From Gammaproteobacteria bacterium (GTDB taxonomy: Bacteria; Pseudomonadota; Gammaproteobacteria; Ga0077536), in contig JBHIYN010000005.1 of the NCBI GenBank assembly GCA_041984235.1, positions 195,083 to 259,082 on the forward strand: a stretch of 64,000 bases of DNA. The letters are read 5' to 3'. Position numbers and translations under genes: made by a program. This document shows, one piece after another, positions 32,233 through 44,202 of this stretch (its first letter is position 1; each line of letters opens with the position of its first letter). The notes below the pieces were generated by a model, which did not search any database, had not been told where the DNA came from, and worked only from the letters and a program-made list of their open reading frames with translations.

Positions 32233-32745
32233 TTATAAGCGGAGTCGCTGGGTGAGCCGGTAGACGTCCGCTGGTCGCGTTCCGTCTGCCCATAGACGAG
32301 GCCTGGGAACGACCGGCCCCAGGCCGGCCGATATCAGATCCGCGTAGCCGATTCCGGCGCAAACGCGGTGGTCATGACCGTTGCTGCCATCGGCAGGCGG
32401 CCCGTCGGCACTGCCGAGATGTGCATCAGGCTCACAGTCGAGCGCCGAAGCCGGCCCGGACAGGTCGTCGACCTTTGCCGCGTGGCGCGAAGCGCAGTCG
32501 TGGCGAGCGGGCTCCTGCCGGGTCTCGGCGGCTTCTGCGAAAGCGATACAGCACGGCTGGAACGCGCCGAGCAGCAGACTCAGGCACCACAGCGAGAGCA
32601 ACGTCCGTGCACGGCGACGCCGCGACGCGGTGCGGCGGCCAGGGCGGCTGTGCTCGGTAAACGGTCTCATGCGGCGACCCGCTGTGTGGTGCAACGCTGT
32701 CCAGTCTAGAACGCATCCGGTGCTCTGACTACCCGTGTCCTGCAC
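32233..32745 (-). CDS. possible small secreted Cys/His-containing protein (very uncertain)
   Basis: An internal Met (MRPF...) gives an Arg-rich n-region plus a hydrophobic h-region (TLLSLWCLSLLLGAFQPCCIAFA), then a segment containing HDC and HDHRVC. It overlaps a plus-strand ORF of similar length. The call rests on composition only. Confidence 0.2.
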   Translation of the reverse strand: MQDTGSQSTGCVLDWTALHHTAGRRMRPFTEHSRPGRRTASRRRRARTLLSLWCLSLLLGAFQPCCIAFAEAAETRQEPARHDCASRHAAKVDDLSGPASALDCEPDAHLGSADGPPADGSNGHDHRVCAGIGYADLISAGLGPVVPRPRLWADGTRPADVYRLTQRLRL

Positions 32746-32852
32746 CCACGTTGCCGACCACGCTCCGAGGCCGATAATGACTCCGGGCAGGGCGGCGGCG
32801 CCCCGATCTCAGGTAGCCGCTGGCCAGATGCGGGAGACAGCCGGAGCTGACC

Positions 32853-33602
32853 ATGAGCGGATACAAGCACGAACTGCGCCGACTCCAGATTGGCCTGGTG
32901 CGCTTCCAACGCCACCTCATCGAGCACGGGCACCGCGCGCTGGTGATCCTGGAGGGCCGCGACGCGGCCGGCAAGGACGGGGTAGTCAAACGCTTCACGG
33001 CCCACCTCAGCCCGCGCGAGACGCGTACCCTCGCCCTCGGCCGCCCCTCCAGCCACGATCGCGACGCCTGGTACTTCCAGCGTTTCGTGCCACACCTGCC
33101 GGTGCGCGGCGAGACCGTGTTGTTCAACCGCAGCTGGTACAACCGCGCCGGGGTCGAACGCGTCATGGGCTTCTGCAGCGACGACGAGTACGCCGCGTTC
33201 ATGGCCCACGTGGTGACCTTCGAAACGCTGCTGGTCGACGCCGGCATCCAGATCTTCAAGTTCTACCTCGACATTTCCCGTTCGGAGCAGGCGCGGCGCC
33301 TCGCCGATCGCCGCAGGGATCCGCTCAAGCAATGGAAGTCGAGCCCGGTGGACGCCGTCGCGCTCGACCACTGGACCGACTACGGCGCCGCGCGCGACGC
33401 GATGCTGACAACGACCGACCACGAACGTGCACCCTGGATCGTGGTCTCGGCGAACGACAAGAAGCAGGCGCGCCTGAACGTGATCCGCTGGTTCCTGGCC
33501 AACGTCGAGTGCCCGGACCGCGACGAGCACGAGGCCGTTCCGGACCGTAACGTCGTCGCGCGCTTCGCCGACCCGGACCGCCGCTTCGAACTCGCGCCAT
33601 GA
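32853..33602 (+). CDS. ppk2: polyphosphate kinase 2 family protein
   Basis: 249 aa. PPK2 Walker A GRDAAGKDG, the FNRSWYNR motif and a lid region. Single-domain PPK2. Confidence 0.85.
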   Translation: MSGYKHELRRLQIGLVRFQRHLIEHGHRALVILEGRDAAGKDGVVKRFTAHLSPRETRTLALGRPSSHDRDAWYFQRFVPHLPVRGETVLFNRSWYNRAGVERVMGFCSDDEYAAFMAHVVTFETLLVDAGIQIFKFYLDISRSEQARRLADRRRDPLKQWKSSPVDAVALDHWTDYGAARDAMLTTTDHERAPWIVVSANDKKQARLNVIRWFLANVECPDRDEHEAVPDRNVVARFADPDRRFELAP

Positions 33603-33656
33603 TTCAGATGGCCAGGCCCCGCTTCGTCGCGGGCATGCACGCGGAGCGCTGAGATC

Positions 33657-34886
33657 GTGTCCACTCTGCCGGCAACAGCCGCGATCATCGGTGCCGGCCT
33701 GACCGGCCTCATGCTCGCTATGCGGAACGTGCGCACCAGCCCTGGGTGGCGCGCGACGGTGACTCCGCTGGCCTCGATCATCGGCAGCGGATTCCTGATC
33801 ATCGCGCCGATGCTGCACGCGCTGACCGGACGCTGGTCGCTGCTCGCCATAGCGGGCCTGTCCGCGCTAGCGTATGCCATTGGCAGCGTAATGCGCTTCA
33901 ACGTCGCTGTCGCCGAGCCGCGCCTGCAGGCGCGCCATGATACCATGCTGAATCGCGTTGACCGCGTCTCGCAGCTCGTGCTCGGCGCGACCTACGCCGT
34001 GTCTGTTGCGTTCTATACCAGTCTCTTCGTGGCTTTCCTGGCCCAGCGCGTACCCGCGCTCGAGCTGTCGCAGGCGGCCGTGACCAGCGTCGTGCTGATC
34101 GCGATCACGGCAGTTGCCTGGCGGCGGGGCACGCGGGGACTCGAGTCGATCGAGGTCACGGCGGTCACCGTCAAGCTCGCCATTATCGCCGGCGTCCTGG
34201 CCGGGCTCGCGCTGTACGACGCGCAGCGCGCGATGCCGTGGTTCGAACATGCACCAATCGCCGACTTCTCGGCCTGGGACACGGCGGCCGCGCTCGCCGG
34301 CATGCTGATGGTGGCGCAGGGCTTCGAGACCACCCGCTTCACCGGCCACCTCTACCCACGACAGGTGCGCGTGCGCGCCGCGCGGCGCGCGCAGCTCGTC
34401 GCCGCCGGGATCTACGTCCTGTTCGTCGGGCTGACCTGTCCGCTGTACCTCGAGTTTCCCATCGCCGTGCTGACCGAGACGACGGTAAGCGAGACCCTCG
34501 GCCACGTGGCGCTGGTATTTCCGTCGATGCTGTTCGTCGCCGCGGCGGCCAGCCAGCTCAGCGCGGCGCTTGCCGATACCATCGGCGGCGCCGGACTGAT
34601 CACGGAGGCGGCGCCGGTTCCGCTGGGTGACACCGCAGGCTGCATGCTCATGGTCACCACGGCTCTGGCGATCGTCTGGACCACGGATGTCTTCGGCATC
34701 ATCAACGTCGCCTCGAAAGGCTTCGCGCTCTACTACCTGCTACAGGTGCTGGTTACCGTTCGCGTGCTGCTGGGCGATCCGCACCGCGCCCGCCGTCGTC
34801 GCGTCGCCGGGCTCGCCGGCTGCGGCCTGCTGGCGGCGGCGTTGTTGTTCGTGGTCGTCTTCTCGCGCGCCGCGCCGCATGCATGA
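33657..34886 (+). CDS. polytopic membrane protein of unknown function (10 or more predicted TM helices)
   Basis: 409 aa, strongly hydrophobic throughout with no recognisable motif. Tightly linked to ppk2 upstream and the lycopene-cyclase-domain gene downstream. Confidence 0.5.
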   Translation: MSTLPATAAIIGAGLTGLMLAMRNVRTSPGWRATVTPLASIIGSGFLIIAPMLHALTGRWSLLAIAGLSALAYAIGSVMRFNVAVAEPRLQARHDTMLNRVDRVSQLVLGATYAVSVAFYTSLFVAFLAQRVPALELSQAAVTSVVLIAITAVAWRRGTRGLESIEVTAVTVKLAIIAGVLAGLALYDAQRAMPWFEHAPIADFSAWDTAAALAGMLMVAQGFETTRFTGHLYPRQVRVRAARRAQLVAAGIYVLFVGLTCPLYLEFPIAVLTETTVSETLGHVALVFPSMLFVAAAASQLSAALADTIGGAGLITEAAPVPLGDTAGCMLMVTTALAIVWTTDVFGIINVASKGFALYYLLQVLVTVRVLLGDPHRARRRRVAGLAGCGLLAAALLFVVVFSRAAPHA

Positions 34887-34904
34887 CACCCAGGAGAACG
34901 TGAC

Positions 34905-35621
34905 ATGAGCAGACTCCCCGTCGATCTCGTCTGGCTGTGCTGGTCGCTGGCCTTCCTGCTGGCGTGGCTGGCGCTCTACGTCCGGTTCGAGCGACACCGC
35001 GATGCGATGCTGCGGGTGAGCCTGTTCACCCTGCCTTTCGGCCTCACCGAGCCGCTGTTCGTGCCCGAGTACTGGTCGCCGCCGAGCCTGTTCGACCTCG
35101 CGCGGCGCACCGGCTTCGACATCGAGAGCCTCATCTTCTGCTTCGGCATTGGCGGCGTGGGCGCGGTGCTCTACAACCTGGTCAGCGGTACCCGCCTGGT
35201 GCCGGTATCGCCGGACTGCCGCGCACGTCCCCTGCACCGTTATCACCGTCTCGCCATCGCGTCGCCGTTCCTGGCCTTTCTGCCGCTCTACTTCCTGCCC
35301 TGGAACGTCATCTACGCCGCCATCGCGGCGATGGCGATCGGTGGCGCGGCAACCCTGCTGTGCCGGCCCGACCTGCGCGCGACGACCTGGCTCGGCGCGC
35401 TGCTGTTCACCGGCTACTACTGGATCTTCATGCAGGGGCTGGACTGGCTCCACCCGGGCTACATCGACGCGGTATGGAACCACGCGGCGCTGAGCGGCTG
35501 GCGCGTGTACGACGTGCCGGTCGAGGAGCTCCTGTTCGCCGCCGGCTTCGGCTGGTACTGGGCCGGAGTCTACGGGCACTACACCTGGCAGCGCCCCGAG
35601 CCGCTGCCGCCGCCGGGCTGA
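34905..35621 (+). CDS. lycopene cyclase domain-containing membrane protein (fused CrtYcd-like)
   Basis: 238 aa. Two half-domains, each with a PxE(E/Y) motif in a hydrophobic context (FVPEYW and VPVEELLFAAGFG), as in heterodimeric or fused lycopene cyclases. Multi-TM. Confidence 0.4.
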   Translation: MSRLPVDLVWLCWSLAFLLAWLALYVRFERHRDAMLRVSLFTLPFGLTEPLFVPEYWSPPSLFDLARRTGFDIESLIFCFGIGGVGAVLYNLVSGTRLVPVSPDCRARPLHRYHRLAIASPFLAFLPLYFLPWNVIYAAIAAMAIGGAATLLCRPDLRATTWLGALLFTGYYWIFMQGLDWLHPGYIDAVWNHAALSGWRVYDVPVEELLFAAGFGWYWAGVYGHYTWQRPEPLPPPG

Positions 35622-35646
35622 ACGGGGCGCACCGGACGGGCAACGT

Positions 35647-36513
35647 TCATGGGTCCGCAACGGGCTGGTAGTGTCCCGGATCCTCGACGAAGCGCTCGAG
35701 GCAGCGCCGCGAGCAGAAGACGTGGCGCTCACCGTCGTGGCGATAGGTGAACGGCGCACTCCACGTGTCGACGCGCATGCCGCAGACCGGGTCGCGCCGC
35801 CACGCGTGCGCCTCGCTGCGCCGGTCGTGCAGGCGGCCGTCCTCGATCCACAGGATGCGATCGGCGACCTCCTCGACCCGAGGGTCGTGAGTGACGATGA
35901 CCACCGCGCAGCCGTGATCGCGCGCGACGTCGTGCAGGATCATCATCACCTCCTGCCCGCGATGGGAATCCAGGTTACCGGTGGGCTCGTCCGCGATCAC
36001 GATTGGCGGCTCGTTGATCAGCGCGCGCGCGATCGCGACGCGCTGCTGCTCGCCGCCGGAAAGCGTACGCGGGTAGGCGCGCACCCGCGCCTCGAGCCCG
36101 AGCCGCCCGAGCAGGTCGTACGCGCGCAGCCGCGCGGCCTTCATGTCCTGGCCCGCGAGGGCAGCGGGCAGCAGCACGTTGTCGATCACGTTCAGTGGCG
36201 CGAGCAGATTGAAGGCCTGGAACACGAAGCCGATGCGGTGCGCGCGCAGGCGTGCGAGACCGGCACGACCAGAGAACGACACGGGCTCGCCGAGAACGCG
36301 CACCTCGCCCGCACTCGGCGTCAGCAGGCAGCCGAGCATTGAGACCAGGGTGGTCTTGCCCGAGCCCGACGGCCCCGTGATCATGACCAACTCACCCCCA
36401 CGTACCGCGAGCGAGACTTCGTCGACCGCGACCACCCGCGCCGGTCCGACGCCGAAGTGGCGCGACAGCCCGCGCGCCTCGAGCACGATCGCGTTCGGAC
36501 CAGGCGTACTCAC
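35647..36513 (-). CDS. ABC transporter ATP-binding protein (LolD/MacB-ATPase type) fused to a C-terminal YHS/TRASH metal-binding domain
   Basis: 288 aa from a GTG start ([16 protein letters not shown]) overlapping the upstream stop (GTGA). Walker [10 protein letters not shown], signature [15 protein letters not shown], Walker [13 protein letters not shown]. The C-terminal DPVCGMRVD...[12 protein letters not shown] is a YHS/TRASH-type Cys motif. Confidence 0.8.
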   Translation of the reverse strand: MSTPGPNAIVLEARGLSRHFGVGPARVVAVDEVSLAVRGGELVMITGPSGSGKTTLVSMLGCLLTPSAGEVRVLGEPVSFSGRAGLARLRAHRIGFVFQAFNLLAPLNVIDNVLLPAALAGQDMKAARLRAYDLLGRLGLEARVRAYPRTLSGGEQQRVAIARALINEPPIVIADEPTGNLDSHRGQEVMMILHDVARDHGCAVVIVTHDPRVEEVADRILWIEDGRLHDRRSEAHAWRRDPVCGMRVDTWSAPFTYRHDGERHVFCSRRCLERFVEDPGHYQPVADP

Positions 36514-37619
36514 GCGGCAAACGCCCGCGCGGGGTCGACGGCGGCGAGACGGGCGGCGGCCAGCCCGCCCGCGACCAGCGCCCCGACCGACGCGATGACC
36601 GCCAGATCGAGCACCATGCCAGGCTCGAGCGCGAGGCTGACGGCGGGCAACACCAGGGCGCTCAGGTGTGTCAGCGCGGCGCCGGCCAGCACCGCGCCGG
36701 CGACCCCGGCGCCGCCGAGGGCGAACGCGAGTGCCAGCGCGCTCAGGGCGAGCCGGCCGGTGCCGGCCCCGAGCGCCTTGCACACCACCAGCTCGGGCAG
36801 TCGCCGCGCGATGAACGCCTGCACCGAGAAGGCGCTGAGCACGGTGGCGAGCAGCGTGCCGACGAGGGTCATGAGCCCGATCAGCTCGACCCCCATGCGC
36901 AGGGCCATCCCGCGATCGCTCGCGATGAACGCCGCCGACGGCATCGCGTGCACGCCATCGACCTCGGCTTCGATGCGATCGGCCGCCCATCCCGGGTCGA
37001 ATCCGTGCTCGAGGTCGACCAGCAGGTAGCTATAGGACGACATCGCGCCGGTGATCTCGCGTAGGGTAGCCAGGGTCACGAACACGACCGAGTTGGCCAT
37101 CGAGAAGGTGCCCCGGCTCGCGCCGACGATGGTCAGCTCGCGGTCGGACAAGCGCGCGTGCCCGCCGGTCTCGAGGCGCGTGAGATCCATGATGACGTCC
37201 GGCAGCACGACCTCATCTCGGGCCCGCGGCAGCCGCCCGGCTGAAAGCGCCCACGGGCCGGCGCGCGCGTCGTCCGGCTCCGTGCCGACCACGTAGGCGA
37301 AAAAGCGCCGGCCGCCGGCGACGACCGAGGTGTTGAGGTACAGGATCGGGGTCACCCGGGCGACCCCGTCCACGTGGGCGACCTCGTCACGCTTCGAGTC
37401 CCAGATGAGCGAGCTCGCCATGTGCATGTTCGCGATGCCCCGCTGCATGATCCACACGTCCGCCCCCATGCGCTCGGGGTAGGCGACGATGCGCGCCGCC
37501 TCGCCGGCGAACACTGCCTTGAACAGCAGCACCAGCAGCAACGCCGCGGCGATGCCGCCCGCGCCGAGCAGGAAGGCCGCGCGGTCGTCGGCGATGCTGC
37601 GCACGAGCCAGCGGCCCAC
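36510..37619 (-). CDS. ABC transporter permease, FtsX/MacB-LolC family (second subunit)
   Basis: 369 aa. N-terminal TM, a periplasmic domain, and a C-terminal three-TM FtsX module (...VVCKALGAGTGRLALSALALAFALG...). Confidence 0.8.
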   Translation of the reverse strand: MGRWLVRSIADDRAAFLLGAGGIAAALLLVLLFKAVFAGEAARIVAYPERMGADVWIMQRGIANMHMASSLIWDSKRDEVAHVDGVARVTPILYLNTSVVAGGRRFFAYVVGTEPDDARAGPWALSAGRLPRARDEVVLPDVIMDLTRLETGGHARLSDRELTIVGASRGTFSMANSVVFVTLATLREITGAMSSYSYLLVDLEHGFDPGWAADRIEAEVDGVHAMPSAAFIASDRGMALRMGVELIGLMTLVGTLLATVLSAFSVQAFIARRLPELVVCKALGAGTGRLALSALALAFALGGAGVAGAVLAGAALTHLSALVLPAVSLALEPGMVLDLAVIASVGALVAGGLAAARLAAVDPARAFAA

Positions 37620-37621
37620 CG

Positions 37622-38764
37622 TCAGCGCCTCAGTGCCGCGGCGGGATCGATGCCCCGGATCAGGCGCAGCGGCGCCAGTCCGCCGAGCACGGCGGCCGCG
37701 ATCGCCCCGGCCAGCAGGCGGGTGACCGTGGCCGGCTCGAGCGGCGCGACCCGGTAGAGCGGCGCCAGCACCTGCACGATCTCCGCCGTGGCGATCGCCA
37801 GCAGGAAGCCCGGCGGCACCGCCAGCAGCGTGCGCAGCACGCCTTCGCCGATCAGCATCGCCGTCGCGGTGCGGCGCGGGCAGCCGAGCGCGTCCAGCAC
37901 CACGTGCTCGCGCAGCCGCCCCTGGACCGTGGTGAACATGACGATGCCGACGACCAGCAGCGAGGCGGCCCAGGCCACGCCCAGCAGTACCCCCAGGATC
38001 GGATCGAGCAGGTCACGGCCTAGCGCGGCGTCGTTGGCGGCCAGCGCCGGGGCCGCGAACACGTCGACCGCGGGCACCGCCGTCTCGATACGCGCGGCGA
38101 GGGCCGCGGGCGCCTCCCCGGCGGCAGGCTCGATCAGCAGCGACGACATCAGCGGGAAGCTCGTGATGTCGGCGCCGACGTCGAGCGCCCAGAACCAGTC
38201 GATGAGGTCGCCGTAATCCATGAAGGCGAACGGAGTGAAGAACGCGGCCGCACCGCGCGCGATGCCCGAGACCTCGAACCGGTAGCCGCTCAGCGCAACG
38301 CCGTCGCCGGGCGCGATGCCGAACGCCACTGCGAGCGATTCGTCGAGCACGATCCGCCCCCCCCCGAGCCCCGGGTCACCGGCGACCAGGTGTCGTGGCC
38401 CACCGGCGCCGTCCGTCACCATCACGATGATCGGCATGGTGCCCCCGTCGCGCTCGAACACCACCGGCACCAGGGTCATAGGTGCGGCACCGGCGACGCC
38501 CGGCACGGCTTCGATCTGCAGGCGCGCCTGCTGCGGAATGCTCGAGCGCACGGCGAGGAAGTTGTCGAGACCGGCCTGCAGTGCGATCAGCGGCGCGCCG
38601 CGGTCGAGCACGGTCTCGCGCAGCTGCTGGTCGAGCCCGTTGCGGAAGCCCTCCAGCACCAGCACGACGGCGAGCACCGCGGCCAGCGCGAAGAGCATCG
38701 CCATCTCGCGCCCCGGTCGTTGTAGCAGGCGGCGGGTCAGCAGCTTCGGATAGAGATGGGCCAT
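37622..38764 (-). CDS. ABC transporter permease, FtsX/MacB-LolC family (first subunit)
   Basis: About 380 aa from the internal Met MAHLYPKLLTRRLL. This start avoids overlap with the upstream APC gene. Same FtsX architecture (...LDALGCPRRTATAMLIGEGVL...). Two permeases plus one ATPase gives a LolCDE-like layout. Confidence 0.75.
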   Translation of the reverse strand: MAHLYPKLLTRRLLQRPGREMAMLFALAAVLAVVLVLEGFRNGLDQQLRETVLDRGAPLIALQAGLDNFLAVRSSIPQQARLQIEAVPGVAGAAPMTLVPVVFERDGGTMPIIVMVTDGAGGPRHLVAGDPGLGGGRIVLDESLAVAFGIAPGDGVALSGYRFEVSGIARGAAAFFTPFAFMDYGDLIDWFWALDVGADITSFPLMSSLLIEPAAGEAPAALAARIETAVPAVDVFAAPALAANDAALGRDLLDPILGVLLGVAWAASLLVVGIVMFTTVQGRLREHVVLDALGCPRRTATAMLIGEGVLRTLLAVPPGFLLAIATAEIVQVLAPLYRVAPLEPATVTRLLAGAIAAAVLGGLAPLRLIRGIDPAAALRR

Positions 38765-38813
38765 GGCGCTAGAAGGCATGAACGCGCTAAGCCGTAGACG
38801 CCGCATGCTTCGG

Positions 38814-40139
38814 TCAGGACGCCCCATCGTGCCCGCCGGAGCCGCCTCGATGCGTGCGCAGGTACCATGCCTCGAAGACGAAGACCGCCACCATGCCCAC
38901 GAGGGCAACACCAATGACGAACGGATCGCTGCGCCACTTCACCACGACGAATGCACCGAGCGCCGCAACATCGAGAACCATCGCGGCTACCAGCACCGCC
39001 GGTTGCGCCTGCACGTCCTCGCGCAGGTGCCGCAGGACACCCCAGTGGATGGCGATGTCCATCACGAGATAGAAAACCGCACCGAGCGCGGCGATGCGCG
39101 ACAGGTCGAAGAAGACGGCCAGGACCCCCGCGACCACGACGGTGTAGACCAGCGTGTGCTGCTGGATCGTGCCCGGCATACCGAAGTGCCGATGCGGGAT
39201 GATCGACATGTCGGTCAGCATGGCCAGCATGCGCGAAACGGCGAATATGCTCGCGAGGATCCCGGATGCAGTCGCGATGATCGCGATTGCGACGGTGAAC
39301 CAGGTGCCGTAGATGCCGAGGGCGGGCCGCGAGGCCTCCGCGAGCGAGTAATCCCGGGCCGCGACGATCTCGTCGATGCTCAGCGAGGACCCAACGGCCA
39401 AACACACGGCCAGGTATACGAGCGTGCACACCGCCAGGGACAGGGTGATTGCCCGGCCTACGTTGCGGTGCGGATCCTCCACCTCGTCGCCACTGTTGGT
39501 GATGGTCGTGAAGCCCTTGTAGGCAAGGACCGCAAGTGCGGTGGCCGCCCAGAACGAGGCCAGGGTGGGCGTCTGCGCGCCACCCGCCCCGGCCGCGCCG
39601 AAGCGCCATCCTCCTGCCCACAGGGCCGCGCCCGCAAACGCGAGGATACCGAGGACCTTGAACACCGCCGTGATCTTCGAGACAACCCCGACGACGCGGT
39701 TGCCGGCCAGGTTCACCAGGAAGGCCGCGACGATCAGCCCGAGCGCGAGGAGCGGCAACGCGTAAGCCGGGGGCTCGGTATCGAATAATTGCAGGGTGTA
39801 GGTCGCGAAGGTTCGTGCCACCAGGCTCTCGTTGATGATCATCGAGAAGGCCATCAACAGAGCGCAGCCTCCGGTCATCACACCGGGACCGTATGCCTTG
39901 TTCAGAATCATCGCGATTCCGCCGCTGGACGGATACCGGCTCGTGACGCGCACGTAGGTGTAGGCGCTGAAGGCGCTGACCACCGCCGCGAGGAGAAAGG
40001 CAAGAGGAAAGAATGCACCGGCCAGCTCCGCGACCTGCCCGGTCAGGGCAAAGATCCCGGCGCCGATCATGACCCCGGTACCCATGGCAACCGTGCCCGA
40101 GAGGCTCAGGCTGCCGGCGCGATATTCAGCTTCTCGCAT
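38814..40139 (-). CDS. APC-superfamily amino acid/polyamine permease
   Basis: 441 aa with 12 TM helices. APC-like N-terminus (GTVAMGTGVMIGAGIFALTGQVAELAG). Confidence 0.8.
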   Translation of the reverse strand: MREAEYRAGSLSLSGTVAMGTGVMIGAGIFALTGQVAELAGAFFPLAFLLAAVVSAFSAYTYVRVTSRYPSSGGIAMILNKAYGPGVMTGGCALLMAFSMIINESLVARTFATYTLQLFDTEPPAYALPLLALGLIVAAFLVNLAGNRVVGVVSKITAVFKVLGILAFAGAALWAGGWRFGAAGAGGAQTPTLASFWAATALAVLAYKGFTTITNSGDEVEDPHRNVGRAITLSLAVCTLVYLAVCLAVGSSLSIDEIVAARDYSLAEASRPALGIYGTWFTVAIAIIATASGILASIFAVSRMLAMLTDMSIIPHRHFGMPGTIQQHTLVYTVVVAGVLAVFFDLSRIAALGAVFYLVMDIAIHWGVLRHLREDVQAQPAVLVAAMVLDVAALGAFVVVKWRSDPFVIGVALVGMVAVFVFEAWYLRTHRGGSGGHDGAS

Positions 40140-40180
40140 CGAATCGGAAGACGCGGCATGTACGAGCGTCCACTACCTAA

Positions 40181-40852
40181 TCACCCGGCATCAGGGCGGC
40201 CATCGCCATACAGAATACGCCTCGGGTGCGGCACGAACCGCGGCGTTCGCGCCGCGTATTGCCGCCAGGCGTCATCGAACTCGCGCTCCGCCTCGCGTTC
40301 CTCGTGCAGCGCGAGGCGCACGTACATGAATACCAGCAGTGGGTACATCGCGAGCGTGAGCAGGGTCGGCCACTGCAGCAGGAAGCCGGTCATGATGACG
40401 ACGAAGCCGACATACTGCGGATGTCTGAGATACCGATAGATGCCGCCCGTCGCGAGCCGCCGTGCGCGCTGCGCCAGGTAGAGCTCGCGCCAGCCGACCG
40501 AGATGAGCCAGAAGCCGCCGAAGATGAGCACGATGCTGAGCACGTGGAACGGCCCGAAATGCGGGTTGCCACGCCAGCCGAATATCATCTCGAGCAGGTG
40601 ACCCGAGTCATGGGCGAGCCAGTCGACCCCGGGATAGTGCGACTGCAGCCAGCCCGAGAGCAGGAAGATGGTCAGCGGGAAGCCGTACATCTCGGCGAAG
40701 AGCGCCACGACGAAGGCGCTGAAGGCGCTGAAGGAGCGCCAATCGCGGCGGGTCGCCGGCTTGAAGAAGCTGAAGGCAAAGATGATGAACACGGCGGAGT
40801 TGACCACCACCATGCCCCACAGGCCGTAGGAGGGGAGTGCCTCATGACCCAT
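40181..40852 (-). CDS. isoprenylcysteine carboxyl methyltransferase (ICMT)/phospholipid methyltransferase family membrane protein
   Basis: About 223 aa from MGHEALPSYGLWGMVVV. The C-terminal ICMT/PEMT motif region (...GIYRYLRHPQYVGFVVIMTGFLLQWPT...EEREAEREFDDAWRQY) is present. Confidence 0.75.
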   Translation of the reverse strand: MGHEALPSYGLWGMVVVNSAVFIIFAFSFFKPATRRDWRSFSAFSAFVVALFAEMYGFPLTIFLLSGWLQSHYPGVDWLAHDSGHLLEMIFGWRGNPHFGPFHVLSIVLIFGGFWLISVGWRELYLAQRARRLATGGIYRYLRHPQYVGFVVIMTGFLLQWPTLLTLAMYPLLVFMYVRLALHEEREAEREFDDAWRQYAARTPRFVPHPRRILYGDGRPDAG

Positions 40853-41102
40853 GGCGATCACCCTCGTCGCGGTCGTGGCCGTGCTCGCCGTGGTGCCCGC
40901 CGTGGCCATGGTGCAGGAGGTGCATGAGCGGGCAGGCAGCAAGAATGAGATAGGGCAGCGCACCCATGATGTGCAGCTTGTGCTCCTCCCACAGCACCGC
41001 GATTGCGAGCACGGCGAAGCCGCCAAACGCTAGCCAGAATCGCCGCGGCGAGGTCGCCTGCGGGTGCGCCGGCGCGCGTCTCGTGGTCTGGTCGTCGCCC
41101 AT
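40842..41102 (-). CDS. DUF2933-family small membrane protein with a His-rich tail
   Basis: 86 aa with one TM helix. The ILAACPLMHLLHHGHGGHHGEHGHD motif is typical of DUF2933. That family is commonly linked to ICMT-like methyltransferases and metal P-type ATPases. Confidence 0.7.
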   Translation of the reverse strand: MGDDQTTRRAPAHPQATSPRRFWLAFGGFAVLAIAVLWEEHKLHIMGALPYLILAACPLMHLLHHGHGGHHGEHGHDRDEGDRHGS

Positions 41103-41121
41103 GAGTAACCTCCTCTGCCGC

Positions 41122-43343
<2,222 letters not shown>

Positions 43344-43347
<4 letters not shown>

Positions 43348-43754
43348 TGCGGCGGTGTGACACTCTCGATGAGATAACAAATGGAATCGCCGACCGGGAT
43401 CCCGTCCGGCAGCTCGCGCCAGGCGCGCAGTGCGTGCTCGATGCGCTGCTGCAGCGCGCTGGCCTCGTCCAGCGCTTCGCGGTTCTCGCGCACCCGCCGC
43501 GCCAGGATCTCGCGCGCACGGGGGCACGGCGAGCGGCCGCGCTCGCTGGTGGCGAGCAGCTCGGCGATCTCGTCGAGGCGGTAGCCAAGCAACCGGGCCC
43601 TGCGGATGAAGGTGACGCGGACCAGATCGGCGTGGCCGAAGCGGCGGTATCCGTTGTGCGGGTCGCGCGCGGGATGCAGCATGCCCATGCGCACGTAGTA
43701 GCGCACGGCATCCGCCGTCACCCCGGCCGCGCGGGCGAGCTCGGTCACGGTCAT
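43344..43754 (-). CDS. cueR: MerR-family Cu(I)-responsive regulator (CueR/HmrR-like)
   Basis: 136 aa from [29 protein letters not shown]-terminal metal-binding loop Cys (...RSPCPRA...). Overlaps the copA start (ATGA). Confidence 0.8.
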
Positions 43755-44202
43755 GTTCGCCCGGGTTTGGCTCTGGCGCCTGTTTCGTCCATGCAAGCAG
43801 TCTAAAACATCGGTGCGGGACACAGGTCAAGCGCGAACCGTGTCGGGTATCGGGATTCGGAGCGATTCCGGAATCAGCGCGGAAACCCGGGCTCACGGTG
43901 CGACTGCGCAGCGCGTGGCGCGTCTTGGGTCGAACCAAAACCGAGACGCGGCCGGCCGGAGAAGAGGACAACATAGATGCAGCGGCAGGCCCGGCGAACG
44001 TCTGGCGCGTCCCGTCGGGCCCTCGTCCCGCAGCGTATGGATGCCCGGGAATCCGCTGGCGTGCGTCGCCCACCAGACTGGTTGTACCGCTTTCCGACAT
44101 CGCGGATGCGACCGTCAGGCCTGCGCCAACCCGGAATCGGGGTATGCTGCGGCCCCGGGCGCAAACCCTCGCCCGGTTTCTTTTAAGGGGGAGGATTCGA
44201 AG

